In this document: piece by piece, positions 51,669-62,025 of the stretch | Layout: each line of letters starts with the position of its first letter | How positions within the stretch are numbered: position 1 is the first letter of the stretch | NCBI GenBank assembly: GCA_963832165.1 | Contig: CAWHTE010000008.1 | Coordinates: 32,001-96,000, forward strand | Direction of reading: 5' to 3' | Source of the DNA: an uncultured delta proteobacterium | GTDB lineage: Bacteria > Myxococcota_A > UBA9160 > SMWR01 | DNA length: 64,000 bases | Made by a program: the position numbers and the translations under genes | The notes under the pieces: generated by a model | Seen by the model: the letters and a program-made list of their open reading frames with translations, nothing else | What the model was told of the DNA's origin: nothing | Databases searched by the model: none

Positions 51669-53261
51669 CTACGTCCTGCCGCGTCGCGCCGCGCGCGCGC
51701 GCAGGATCTCCTTCTCGACCTTGCCCGCCGCATTGACGGGCAGCTCGGCCACGATCTCCACGGCGCGCGGCACCTTGTAGTTCGCCATCGCGTCGCGCGC
51801 CCACGCGATCAGATCCTCGGGCGCGAGCGTCGCGCCCGGAGCCAGCACCACGAATGCCATCCCCACCTCGCCGAGCCGCTCGTCGGGCATGCCGACCACC
51901 GCGGCGCGGCTCACGGACGGATGGCCGAGCAACAGGCTCTCGATCTCGGCCGGATAGGCATTGAAGCCGCCGACGATGAACATGTCCTTCTTGCGTCCGA
52001 CGATGCGCAGGCAGCCCCGCTCGTCGAACACGCCGAGGTCCCCCGTGTGCAGCCAACCGTCGGCGTCGATCGCGCGGGCGGTCTCGGTCGGATCGTCGAG
52101 ATAGCCGCGCATCACGCTGTAGCCGCGCACGAGCACCTCGCCGGGCTCGCCCACGGGCCGCTCCACTCCTGCGTCGTCCGCGATGCGGATCTCGAGGCCG
52201 GGCCGGGCGCGACCCACGGTCGTGGCGATCGTCTCGAAATCGTCGTCGGGCCAGGTGCCCGTGACCGTTCCGGCCTCGGTCAAGCCGTAGCCGGTGTTGA
52301 TCGATTGAAACCGCAGCTCCTCGCGCATGCGGCGGATCAGGTCGACGGGAATGTCGGCCGCGCCCGTCACGGCGATGCGCAGCGACGAGAGGTCGAAGCG
52401 AGCTCGCGCGGGGTGGTCGAGGACCGACTGGAACAGCGTCGGCGGACCCGCGAGCACCGTCACCGACTCGGCGCTGATCGTGCGCAGCACGTCTTCGACA
52501 TCGAACACGGCCTTGGGAAGGATCGCCGCACCGCGCATGAGCGACGTGAGCCAACCGGCCTTGTAGCCGAACATGTGGAAGAAGGGATTGACGACGATGT
52601 AGCGATCGCCGGCCGTGAGCCCGGTCATGTCGCACCAGTCGGAGAACTGCCGGAGCGTCTGCGCGTGCGTCATCAGCACACCCTTCGGTGCGCCGGTGGT
52701 CCCCGACGTGAACAGCACGTCGCAGATATCGTCGGGCCCCACCCCGCCGATGCGAGCATCGAGATCTGCGTCACCGATCCGCTCTCCGCGGCGCACGAAC
52801 GACTCGAGCGAGTGGTCGACGTGCGATGCGCCGTCTAGGCCGATCACGAGCTCGAGGCTCGGCAGCTGTGGGCGCAGCTCGGAGAGCGTCGCCGCGTAGT
52901 TCATGCCCAGGAACTCGCCGACCGTGAACGCCACGCGCGCGCGGCTGCGCTCGAGGATGTGGCTGACCTCTTTTCCCTTGAATCGCGTGTTCACGGGCAC
53001 GATCGCCGCGCCGGCGCCCTGCGCTCCGAGCGCCGCGACCACCCACTCGTATCGGTTGGGGGCCCATACCGCGACGCGCTCGCCGCGCTCGATACCGCAC
53101 GCGAGCAGCGCCGCCGTCACGCGGCGATAGTCCGCGACGAGCTGGCCGAAGCTCATGCGCCGGGAACCGTCCACGACGGCTTCTGCCGAGCCGAAGCGTT
53201 TCGCGGCATCGGCGGCCAGCGCGGGAATGCTCGCCCACAGTAGGTCGCCTCTCGTCGTCAT
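51669..53261 (-). CDS. Acyl-CoA synthetase (FadD3-like)
   Basis: FTSGTTGAPKG, NPFFHMFGYKAG, GYGLTEA, WLHTGD, RKKDMFIVGGFNAYPAEIE. Confidence 0.92.
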   Translation of the reverse strand: MTTRGDLLWASIPALAADAAKRFGSAEAVVDGSRRMSFGQLVADYRRVTAALLACGIERGERVAVWAPNRYEWVVAALGAQGAGAAIVPVNTRFKGKEVSHILERSRARVAFTVGEFLGMNYAATLSELRPQLPSLELVIGLDGASHVDHSLESFVRRGERIGDADLDARIGGVGPDDICDVLFTSGTTGAPKGVLMTHAQTLRQFSDWCDMTGLTAGDRYIVVNPFFHMFGYKAGWLTSLMRGAAILPKAVFDVEDVLRTISAESVTVLAGPPTLFQSVLDHPARARFDLSSLRIAVTGAADIPVDLIRRMREELRFQSINTGYGLTEAGTVTGTWPDDDFETIATTVGRARPGLEIRIADDAGVERPVGEPGEVLVRGYSVMRGYLDDPTETARAIDADGWLHTGDLGVFDERGCLRIVGRKKDMFIVGGFNAYPAEIESLLLGHPSVSRAAVVGMPDERLGEVGMAFVVLAPGATLAPEDLIAWARDAMANYKVPRAVEIVAELPVNAAGKVEKEILRARAARRGRT

Positions 53262-54241
53262 GCGCGCCGTCCGATCACTTCGGCAATCACCTGCTCGGCC
53301 ACGCGCTGCGGATCGAATACGCCGTGCGCCTGCTCGCGGACGATCGCATCGAAGCGCGGGCTGCGACAGCACTCCTCCGCGAGGCGACCGAGCTGCGCCC
53401 GGACCCGTTCCCGGATCTCGTTGCGCACGCGCTCGGACCGTCGCCGTTCGAGGGCGCCCGTCTCGATCCCGTGAGCCCGGTGCGCGCGGATCGCCTCCCA
53501 GAGCTGCTCGACCCCCTCGCCTGTCGTGGCCACCGTCTGCACGATCGGCGGCGTCCAGGGCGCGACCTGCGAGAGCTCGAGCATCGCCTCGAGATCCTTC
53601 ACCGCGGTGTCCGCGCCCGCGCGATCCGCCTTGTTCACGACGAACACGTCGGCGACTTCGAGCAGTCCGGCCTTGTTCGCCTGCACGCCGTCGCCCCAGC
53701 CCGGGCTCACGACGACGATCGCGGTGTCGGTGGCGCCCGCGATGTCGATCTCCACCTGCCCGACGCCGACCGTCTCCACGAGGATCCACGGCGTTCCGCT
53801 CGCGCCGAGCACGCGGATCGCCTGCGGTGCGGCCGCGGCAAGACCGCCCAGCTGTCCGCGCGTCGCCATCGAGCGGATGAACACACCGGGATCGGTGGCG
53901 TGTGCGCCCATGCGCACGCGGTCGCCCAGGATCGCACCGCCCGTGCGCGGGCTCGAAGGGTCGATCGCGAGCACCGCCACGGATTCGCCGCGCGCGCGAA
54001 CGGCCGCGATCATGCGATCCGTGAGCGTGGACTTGCCGACTCCGGGCGCGCCCGTGATGCCGATCGCGTAGGCCTGCCCGTCGCCGGCGAGCGACGCGAG
54101 TGCCGCGTGGGCCAACTCGTCACCGGCCTCGACGAGCGACAAGAGACGCGCGACGCAGGCGCGCTCGCCGCGCCGAACGCCCTCGGCAAGCGCCGCAGCA
54201 TCGAGACCCGCACGCGGCAACCGCTTCTCCTGCCGGGTCAA
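53258..54241 (-). CDS. meaB: MeaB/ArgK-family GTPase
   Basis: GITGAPGVGKST, AIDPSSPRTGGAILGDRVRM, FIRSM, ETVGVGQ, VNKAD; start approximate. Confidence 0.93.
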   Translation of the reverse strand: MTRQEKRLPRAGLDAAALAEGVRRGERACVARLLSLVEAGDELAHAALASLAGDGQAYAIGITGAPGVGKSTLTDRMIAAVRARGESVAVLAIDPSSPRTGGAILGDRVRMGAHATDPGVFIRSMATRGQLGGLAAAAPQAIRVLGASGTPWILVETVGVGQVEIDIAGATDTAIVVVSPGWGDGVQANKAGLLEVADVFVVNKADRAGADTAVKDLEAMLELSQVAPWTPPIVQTVATTGEGVEQLWEAIRAHRAHGIETGALERRRSERVRNEIRERVRAQLGRLAEECCRSPRFDAIVREQAHGVFDPQRVAEQVIAEVIGRRA

Positions 54242-54301
54242 TGACGACTCGCGACCTCGCACGTGCACCGCAGCGGGCGTCCGCCTGACTGGTGTCGCTG
54301 T

Positions 54302-54337
54302 GAAAACGGGCTTACAGTATCTGAGAATGTCATTCTC
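54302..54337. promoter_or_regulatory. Tandem operator-like palindromes, site C (one perfect)
   Basis: Perfect GAGAAT-GTC-ATTCTC (54323-54337) preceded by GAAAAC-GGG-CTTACA (54302-54316); centres 21 bp apart; between divergent meaB and ACAD. Confidence 0.65.
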
Positions 54338-55507
54338 CGACAAGGGCGCGCCTCCTCCCGCTGCGCTTGCCGACTACCGCACCCAGCTCCACGCCTGGCT
54401 CGACGCGCACCACGAGGAGCTCGCGCCTCGGTTCGCTCCACCCGGAACGCTCGACGAACACGTCGCGCAGATGCAGCGCGTGAAATCGATCTTGTTCGAA
54501 GCCGGCTGGATGCAGTGCGGATGGCCGGAGCGCGTCGGCGGACGCGGTGGCGCCCCGATGCTGCGAACGGAGCTCGGCGCGGCGATCGCGGGCCGCGACT
54601 ACGTCGATCCGGGGATCTACTCGCTGGTCGAAGTGCTCGCGCCGACCATGATCGACTTCGCGCCGCCCGAGCTCGCGGCAGAGATGGTTCCGCGCCTGCT
54701 CTCGGGCGCCGAGATGTGGTGCCAGGGCTTCTCGGAGCCGGGCTCGGGCAGCGACCTCGCGTCGCTCTCGTGCCGCGCCGTGCCGGACGGCGACTGCGCG
54801 CACCGCGTCGAGCTGGGTGATCAAGGGGCAGAAGGTCTGGACGAGCCTGGCCCAGTACTCCGACCGCTGCGTGCTCCTCACGCGCACGGGAGCTGCCGAC
54901 TCGCGCCACCGCGGGATCACCGCGTTCTTCGTCGACATGGAAACGCCCGGCATCACCGTGGCGCCTCTCGAGATGATCAACGGCGACCACGAGTTCGCCG
55001 AGGTGTTCTTCGACGACGTCGTGGTCCCGGCCGATCGGATGCTCGGCGAGCTCGACGGCGGCTGGGCGGTGGCGATGAGCATCCTCCCGTACGAGCGCTC
55101 GTCGTGCTTCTGGCAGAAGATCGCGTGGCTCTACCGGCGCCTGCAGAGACTCGTCGATGTCGCGCCCGACGACGATCGGGCGGCGGAAGTCGTCGGCAAC
55201 GCGTTCGTGCAGCTCCACGCGCTGCGAGCCCGCTCGCGCGTCACGCAGCACCGACTCGCGAGCGGGAGCCACGCTGGGTGCGGAGACCTCGATCGACAAG
55301 GTGCTCGTGGCGACCGCCGAGCAGGTGACCTACGACGCCGTCCGCCGGCTTCTGCCCGGCGCGATCGAGATGGACGACAGCGGATCCGGTGAGGTGTGGC
55401 GCAGCGAGTACCTGTATTCGCGCGCCGCCACGATCTACGGCGGTACCGCGGAAGTGCAGCGCAACATCATCGCCCGCCGGCTGCTCGACCTCGGGAGCGC
55501 CGAATGA
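54327..55507 (+). CDS. Acyl-CoA dehydrogenase, alpha-type subunit (frameshifts near 54800 and 55270)
   Basis: WCQGFSEPGSGSDLA, then GQKVWTS..EFAEVFFDDV, then RAATIYGGTAEVQRNIIA in three successive frames. Confidence 0.88.
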
Positions 55508-56484
55508 TCGACGCCTCCGAACGGGCGCTGCTGGAAGAGACGGTGCGCAAGGCGATAGCGAACGCGAACGCGACCGCTGACGGCGGTAGCGCGATCGATG
55601 CGGTTCTCGCGCAGCTCGGTTGGCTCGAGATGCTCGATGCCGAGCCGCGCGACGCCATCGACATCGTGTTCAGCGCGCTCGGCGCCGCCAACGCCACCGC
55701 ATCGGTACTCGACGACGTGGTCGCGTCGGCGCTCGATACGGCGCCGGATGCCGACGTCGCCGTGCTCTTCCCTTCGTTTGCCGCCTGGGATCGCCCCGGA
55801 CAGATCGACCGCGACCAGCTCAACGCGCGCGGACTCGCCACGGCGCGCGTCGCCACGGCGAGCGCGCTGCTCGTCGCGTGCACACGGGGCACGGACCCGT
55901 GGATCGCCACGGTGCCGATCGCGGACGTGGAGGTCACCGCGGTGCACGGGATCGATCCCGACGCGGGCCTGCGCACCGTGCGCGTGTCAGGGCGCCACCG
56001 CGGACGCGAGGCGCCTCGAGGTCGACGCGTGGGAGCTCGCCGTCGCGCTCGGGCGGCGCGCCGTCTCGCACCAGATCTCGGGAGCCAGCCGCGCCGATGC
56101 TCGACCTGGCGCGCACCCACGCGATCGAGCGAGTTCAGTTCGGCCAACCGATCGCGCGTTTCCAGGCGGTGCGCCACCGACTCGCAGAAGCGCTCGTGGC
56201 GGTGGAGGCGCTCGAGGCGACCCTGACCGCGGCCGCAGACGAGCCGAACCCCGACACCGCGGCGCTCGCCAAGGCCGTCGCGGGACGGACGGCCAGGACC
56301 GTCGCCGCGCACTGCCAGCAGGTGCTCGCAGGCATCGGCTTCACCACCGAGCATCCCTTCCACCGCTTCCTCAAGCGGACCCTGCTGCTCGAAGGGCTGT
56401 TCGGATCCAGCGACGAGTATCGTGCTCGATGTGGGACGCCGACTGCTCGCGACCCGCACGGTGCCCAACCTGATCGAGCTCTGA
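55504..56484 (+). CDS. Acyl-CoA dehydrogenase, degenerate partner subunit (frameshifts near 55990, 56090, 56420)
   Basis: LAQLGWLEML, RVQFGQPIARFQAVRHRLAE, QQVLAGIGFTTEH; start overlaps the upstream stop. Confidence 0.8.
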
Positions 56485-56507
56485 CCCATGACCAAGGGAG
56501 CCATGCT

Positions 56508-57773
56508 GTGAGCGACTTCGACACCATCGACTTCTTCCGCGCCGACTCGCTGCTCGTCGATCCGTACCCTTATTTCGCCTATCTGCGCGAGAAGGGTCCG
56601 GTGTGGCGCGAACCGCATCACGGCGTCGTGCTCGTGACCGGATACGAAGAGGCAGTCGCGGTGTATCGCGATCCCGACACCTTCTCGTCGTGCAACTCCG
56701 TGAGCGGTCCGTTCCCGGGTTTTCCGGTCCCGCTCGAGGGCGACGATGTCAGCGCTCTGATCGAGAAGCACCGCGATCAGCTGCCCTTCAGCGACCAGAT
56801 CACGACGATGGATCCGCCCAAGCACGCGGATCACCGCGCGCTCTTGATGAAGCTGATCACCCCGAAGCGCCTGAAGGAGAACGAGGCGTTCATGTGGCGG
56901 CTCGCCGATCGCGTGATCGACGAGTTCCTCGCCAAGGGCGAGTGCGAGTTCATCGGCGAGTTCGCGACACCGTTCTCGCTGCTCGTGATCGCCGATCTGC
57001 TCGGTGTGCCCGAGGAAGACCACGCCACCTTCCGGGCCCGCATGCACCGCCAGACGCTCGGGAGCACCGGCGGCACCAAGATGGAGCACCACCCGCTCGA
57101 GTTCCTCTATCAGCGCTTCACGGCCTACGTCGAGGAGCGCCGTCGCGAGCCGCGCGCCGACGTGCTCACGGGGATGGCGCTCGCCAAGTTCCCGGACGGC
57201 TCCACGCCCGAGGTGATCGACGTCGTCCGCATCGCCGCGAACCTGTTCGCGGCCGGCCAGGAAACCACCGTGCGCCTGCTCGGCGCGGCGCTGCAGTTCA
57301 TCGGCGAGCGCCCCGATCTCCAGAAGCAGCTGCGCGAGGACCGCGGCCGCATTCTGAACTTCGTCGAGGAGACGCTGCGGATCGAGAGCCCGGTCAAGGG
57401 CGACTTCCGGCTCTCGCGCGTGCCCACGAAGATCGGCGGCGTCCAGATCCCGGCCGGCACGATCGTGATGGTCCTGAACGGCGCCGCAAGCCGAGACCCG
57501 CGCCGGTTCGAGAGCCCCGACGAGTTCCGCATCGATCGCACCAACGCGCGCGAACATCTCGCGTTCGGGCAGGGCGTCCACACTTGTCCCGGAGCGCCGC
57601 TCGCGCGCGCCGAGGCGCGCGTGGGACTCGAGCGTCTGCTCGACCGCATGGCCGACATCCGCATCTCGGAGACCGAGCACGGCCCGGCGGGCCACCGCCG
57701 CTACGACTACATGCCGACCTACATCCTGCGCGGCGTGCAGAAGCTGTGCCTGGAGTTCACGCCCATCCACTAG
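56508..57773 (+). CDS. Cytochrome P450
   Basis: MDPPKH, FAAGQETT, EETLR, FGQGVHTCPG heme motif. Confidence 0.95.
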   Translation: MSDFDTIDFFRADSLLVDPYPYFAYLREKGPVWREPHHGVVLVTGYEEAVAVYRDPDTFSSCNSVSGPFPGFPVPLEGDDVSALIEKHRDQLPFSDQITTMDPPKHADHRALLMKLITPKRLKENEAFMWRLADRVIDEFLAKGECEFIGEFATPFSLLVIADLLGVPEEDHATFRARMHRQTLGSTGGTKMEHHPLEFLYQRFTAYVEERRREPRADVLTGMALAKFPDGSTPEVIDVVRIAANLFAAGQETTVRLLGAALQFIGERPDLQKQLREDRGRILNFVEETLRIESPVKGDFRLSRVPTKIGGVQIPAGTIVMVLNGAASRDPRRFESPDEFRIDRTNAREHLAFGQGVHTCPGAPLARAEARVGLERLLDRMADIRISETEHGPAGHRRYDYMPTYILRGVQKLCLEFTPIH

Positions 57774-57930
57774 CGAGCCGCGTTCTCGGCACAGCAGAGC
57801 TCAGCGGTCTCCCGCGGACGGCAGATGCGCATGCGAGTTATAGCGGGAAAGCAGGCGGCGCCGTCGAGGCGCCGAGCTCGATCGCGTCAAGGCGCGAGCG
57901 TGGACACTTCGACGAGGTCGCGGGGTCCAA

Positions 57931-58702
57931 CTAGCGCTTGAGGAAACGCTCCACGTTCGCGCGCAGCTCGGGCATGTCGAAGGACTCGGTCTCGGCGGAC
58001 ATCGCGAAGTCGATCGTGGCCAGCACCGAGCGCTCGACGTGCAGGTTCAGCACGCGCTTGGTGGCCTCCACGGCCTGGCGCGGCAGCGCGGCGATCTTGT
58101 GGGCGGCCTTGAGCGCCGCGGGCAGCACCTCGCCATCCGGGCACACGTGATTGGCCAGGCCGATCTGCGCCGCTCGCGCCGCAGTGATGCGATCTCCCGT
58201 GAACGCGTACTCCTTGGCCAGGAGCAGGCTCGTGTGGAGCGGCCACGTGAGCGGACCACCGTCAGCCGCCACGAGACCCACCATCACGTGCGGATCCGAG
58301 AGGTAGGCCGACTCCGCCATGTAGACGACGTCGGAGAGCGCGATCACGCTGCAGCCGAGCCCGACGGCCGGTCCGTTGACCGCGGCCACCACGGGGACTC
58401 GGCAGCGGATCATGTTGAGCACGATCTCGCGCCCTTCCGCGATCACGCTTTTCCGCAGCGCGCGATCATCGGACATCCGCTGCAGCAGATCGAAGTCGCC
58501 GCCGGCCGAGAACGCGCGCCCTTCGCCCGTGATCACCGCGACGCGCGCATCGGAGTCGGCGCTGAGCTGCGGGAAGACCTGGGCCAGTCCGCGATGCAGC
58601 TCGTCGTTCACGGCGTTGAGCTGCCTCGGGGCGCGACAGGCGCACGATCCGTACCGGTCCGTCGGCCTCGACGCGAATCACGTCGGGCAGGGAGTAGTTC
58701 AT
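57931..58702 (-). CDS. Enoyl-CoA hydratase/isomerase family (frameshift near 58624)
   Basis: VRIVRLSRPE then QLNAV..TGEGRAFSAGGD..AAVNGPAVGLG..DPHVMVGLVAADGG. Confidence 0.9.
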
Positions 58703-58730
58703 CGGAGCTCCTTCCGCGTTCGCGGTTCCG

Positions 58731-59864
58731 TCAGGCCATCGGCAGGCCGAGGATCCGCGTGGCGATGATGTTCTTCTGGATCTGCGAGGTGCCGCCCATC
58801 ACGCTCTGCGCGCGACTGTACAGGTAGGTCTTCAGCGCGACATCCTCGCCGTCGATCGCCGCGCGGGGACCGGACACCGCCAGCGCCGCGGCGCCCACCG
58901 TCTGCTCGACCCAGGTCATCAGGAGCTTGTCGATCGACCCGCCCGGCCCGTGATCGATCCCGTCGTGGCGCTCCGACAGCCGCCGGCACACGTGCAGCCG
59001 CAGCATCTCCGCCTGCACGTGCGCCCACGCGACGGATTCGCGCTGGTCGCTCCGGAACGCGCGCGGGTTCGCGCGCACCGCGCGCTCGAGCTCCTTCACC
59101 GTCTTCGCGTAGCGCGCCACGTAGCCGAGCTCACCGGGCTCGCGCTCGTGGCTCACGATCGTCATCGCGACGCGCCATCCCTCACCCGGCTCGCCGATCA
59201 TGTAGGCCGCGGACGCGCGCGCGCCATCGAAGATCACCTGCCCGAACTCGCTCGTGATGCCGTTGATCATGCGCAGCGGGCGCTGCTCGATGCCCGCCTG
59301 GCGCATCGGGACCGCAAACGCGGTGATGCCCTTGTGCTTGGGCACACCCGGATCGGTGCGCGCGAGCAGGAAGCACCACTCGGCGACGTCGGAGTAGCTC
59401 GTCCAGATCTTGTGGCCGTTGATCACGTAGTCGTCGCCGTCGCGCGTCGCCGTGGTGCGCAGCGCCGCGAGGTCGGATCCGGCATCGGGCTCGCTGAAGC
59501 CCTGACACCAGCGCTCGCGTCCGCTGATGATCCCCGGCAGGAACCGGTCCTTGATCGCGTCGCTGCCGTGCACGGCGATGCCCTGCACGAGGTAGCCCAG
59601 GCTCGGGCGCGGCGGCGCACCCGCCGCGGCGAGCTCGTCGTCGACGATCACGTCGAACACGGAGGGCAGCTCGTGCCCGCCGTACCGCTTCGGAAAGGAG
59701 AGCCCGAAGAAGCCGGCGTCGTAGAGCGCGGTGTGCCACTCCGCCTGGCGAGCCCAGTACTCGTCGTCGGTCGACGAGGTCGGCAGACCCGGATTGTTCG
59801 CGGCCACCCATGCGCGCAGGCGCGCTCTGAATTCCGCTTCCGCGGGCGAATCACGAAAGTCCAT
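58731..59864 (-). CDS. Acyl-CoA dehydrogenase, alpha-type subunit
   Basis: WCQGFSEPDAGSDLA, INGHKIWTS, MGGTSQIQKNIIA. Confidence 0.94.
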   Translation of the reverse strand: MDFRDSPAEAEFRARLRAWVAANNPGLPTSSTDDEYWARQAEWHTALYDAGFFGLSFPKRYGGHELPSVFDVIVDDELAAAGAPPRPSLGYLVQGIAVHGSDAIKDRFLPGIISGRERWCQGFSEPDAGSDLAALRTTATRDGDDYVINGHKIWTSYSDVAEWCFLLARTDPGVPKHKGITAFAVPMRQAGIEQRPLRMINGITSEFGQVIFDGARASAAYMIGEPGEGWRVAMTIVSHEREPGELGYVARYAKTVKELERAVRANPRAFRSDQRESVAWAHVQAEMLRLHVCRRLSERHDGIDHGPGGSIDKLLMTWVEQTVGAAALAVSGPRAAIDGEDVALKTYLYSRAQSVMGGTSQIQKNIIATRILGLPMA

Positions 59865-60891
59865 CGCTCACTCCGAGACGCGTGCGCTGCAATTGCCGCA
59901 GCTGCTCGCCGTCGTCGCCGAACCACTGTGACGAGAGCAGCGCGCGGCGCAGGTATACGTGGACGAGGCAATCCCACGTGTTCCCCATGCCGCCGTGCAC
60001 CTGTACCGCCGTCTCGCAGACGGTGCGCGCCGCGCGTGCGCAGTAGGCCTTGGCCACCCGCCCGGCGTCGCGCGCTTCGCCGGGCGCGAGATGGTCGACG
60101 GCCCACGACGCGTACAGCGCCGCGCTGAGCGATCCCTCCATGAGACAACGCGCCTCGGCCAGCAGATGCTGCACGGCCTGGAACGAGCCGATCGCAACGC
60201 CGTACTGCCGGCGTTCGGTCGCGTAGGCCACGGTCGCGTCGATCACGCCTCTCATGAGACCGACGAGATCGGCGCTCGTGAGCGCGAGGCCCAGGGCGGC
60301 CCAGGAATCGAGATCCTCACGGGTGAGGATCCGACGCTGATCGCCGACGCCGAACACGGGCGTGCCGGACGCGATCGGGCGAATCGCGCGCGTGAGATCG
60401 GCGCCGTCGTTGGCCGTATCCACTCGCACCCGCGCGAGGCGATAGCCCCCGCCGTCGGGGACCAGCACGTAGGCATCGTGGCCGTCCGCGGCCGAGTCCA
60501 CGGCGTAGATCGGCGTCGCCGTGAGCCCGCCCGGTACGACCGCGCAATCGATCAGGTCGGACGAGAATGCGACGACCGCACCTTCGGTCACGCTCGAGCC
60601 CGCGCGGCGGGCGAGATCGACCGCGAGGACCGGGCCCGCGAACGCGACGTCGGCCACGGCTCCCGCGAGCGCGTCCGCGATGATCGCCGCCTCCACTCCA
60701 CCCGCGAGCGGCGCGCCGTCTCCTCCGTCGTCGCGAACTTCGAGCCAACCGGCGTCGCGCACGGCCCCCGCGAGCGACTTGATCCGCGTCTCGTCGGTGA
60801 GATCGGCGACGGTTCGCGGTCCGAGCTCACCCGCGAGCTGGCGAGCCGTGCGCCGGAGTTCAGCCTGCTCGGGTGTGTCCCGGACGTCCAC
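59851..60891 (-). CDS. Acyl-CoA dehydrogenase, degenerate partner subunit
   Basis: RRQYGVAIGSFQAVQH, VQVHGGMG; lacks the N-terminal SEP motif; adjacent to the alpha subunit. Confidence 0.88.
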   Translation of the reverse strand: MDVRDTPEQAELRRTARQLAGELGPRTVADLTDETRIKSLAGAVRDAGWLEVRDDGGDGAPLAGGVEAAIIADALAGAVADVAFAGPVLAVDLARRAGSSVTEGAVVAFSSDLIDCAVVPGGLTATPIYAVDSAADGHDAYVLVPDGGGYRLARVRVDTANDGADLTRAIRPIASGTPVFGVGDQRRILTREDLDSWAALGLALTSADLVGLMRGVIDATVAYATERRQYGVAIGSFQAVQHLLAEARCLMEGSLSAALYASWAVDHLAPGEARDAGRVAKAYCARAARTVCETAVQVHGGMGNTWDCLVHVYLRRALLSSQWFGDDGEQLRQLQRTRLGVSDGLS

Positions 60892-60925
60892 GGGTCCTCG
60901 TCGCGCACGGGACGCCGTCCCGCGT

Positions 60926-60962
60926 GAGAATCATATTAGCGTAATTTGAGAAGACTGTTTGC
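60926..60962. promoter_or_regulatory. Tandem operator-like palindromes, site D
   Basis: GAGAAT-CAT-ATTAGC (60926-60940) and GAGAAG-ACT-GTTTGC (60948-60962); centres 22 bp apart; between divergent ACAD and reductase. Confidence 0.6.
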
Positions 60963-61014
60963 ACGCGTCCGGCCCGGATCTTATCATCCGAATGACACCC
61001 CGCACCGGGTCCGA

Positions 61015-62025
61015 ATGCTGACCGACCACACATACCACGTTCTCTCCGTGGTCGACGTCGTCGACGAGACGCCCGACACGCGGTCGTTCGTGCTCGAGAT
61101 CCCCGCCGCGCTCGAGGAGACGTTCCGCTACACCGCGGGCCAGTTCTGCACGTTCCGCGCGGCGATCGACGGCGAGGCGATCGCGCGCTGCTACTCGATG
61201 TCGAGCTCGCCCGACGTGGGCGATCCGTTCACGACGACCGTGAAGCGCGTCTCCGACGGGCGGATGTCGAACTGGATGCTCGACGGGCTCGCTCGCGGGG
61301 ACACGATCGAGGCGATGCGCCCGACCGGCCTGTTCGTGCTGCGCGAGACCGATCTCCCGATCGTCGCCTTCGCGGGGGGCAGCGGGATCACGCCCGTAAT
61401 GTCGATCCTCAAGAGCGCGCTCGCCACCACGACGCGCCGGATCGCGCTCGTGTATGCCAATCGCGGACCCGATTCGATCATCTTCGAGCGCGAGCTCGAG
61501 CGCCTGCGCGCCGCATCCGGTGGCCGGCTCTCGGTCCATCACCATCTCGACTCGCAGCGCGGGTTCCTCGATCCCGCGGCCTGCGCGTCCCTGGTGCGCG
61601 ACCCGAACGCCGACTTCTACATCTGTGGTCCGGGCGCCTACATGGACACGGTCGAAGCCGGCCTGTCGACGCTGGGCGTGAGTGCGGACCAGCGCTTCAT
61701 CGAGCGGTTCGACGTACCCACGAGCGCGCCCGCCGACGAGAAATCGCTCACCGAGTCGGTCGTGGTCCGGATCGACCGCCGCAAGCACGTCCTGCGCTAC
61801 CAGCCCGGAGATACCGTGCTCGAGTCAGCGCGACGCGCGGGCCTCTCCCCGCCCTACTCGTGCGAGTCGGGCAGCTGCGCCACGTGCATGGCGCGCCTCG
61901 ACGCGGGTTCGGTGCGGATGCGCGTGAACAACGCGCTGTCGGCCGAGGAGGTCGATGCGGGATGGGTGCTCACCTGCCAGGCGATCCCCACGAGCCCGGA
62001 GGTGGTCGTCAACTACGACCCGTGA
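61015..62025 (+). CDS. FNR-type flavin reductase with C-terminal 2Fe-2S domain (KshB/PaaE-like)
   Basis: RCYSMSS, AGGSGITP, YICGP, CESGSCATC..LTCQ. Confidence 0.93.
   Translation: MLTDHTYHVLSVVDVVDETPDTRSFVLEIPAALEETFRYTAGQFCTFRAAIDGEAIARCYSMSSSPDVGDPFTTTVKRVSDGRMSNWMLDGLARGDTIEAMRPTGLFVLRETDLPIVAFAGGSGITPVMSILKSALATTTRRIALVYANRGPDSIIFERELERLRAASGGRLSVHHHLDSQRGFLDPAACASLVRDPNADFYICGPGAYMDTVEAGLSTLGVSADQRFIERFDVPTSAPADEKSLTESVVVRIDRRKHVLRYQPGDTVLESARRAGLSPPYSCESGSCATCMARLDAGSVRMRVNNALSAEEVDAGWVLTCQAIPTSPEVVVNYDP

Noticed and set aside
57774..57930. 157-bp gap between the convergent P450 and hydratase genes as a possible ncRNA
   Set aside because: No recognisable RNA family, strong terminator or repeat
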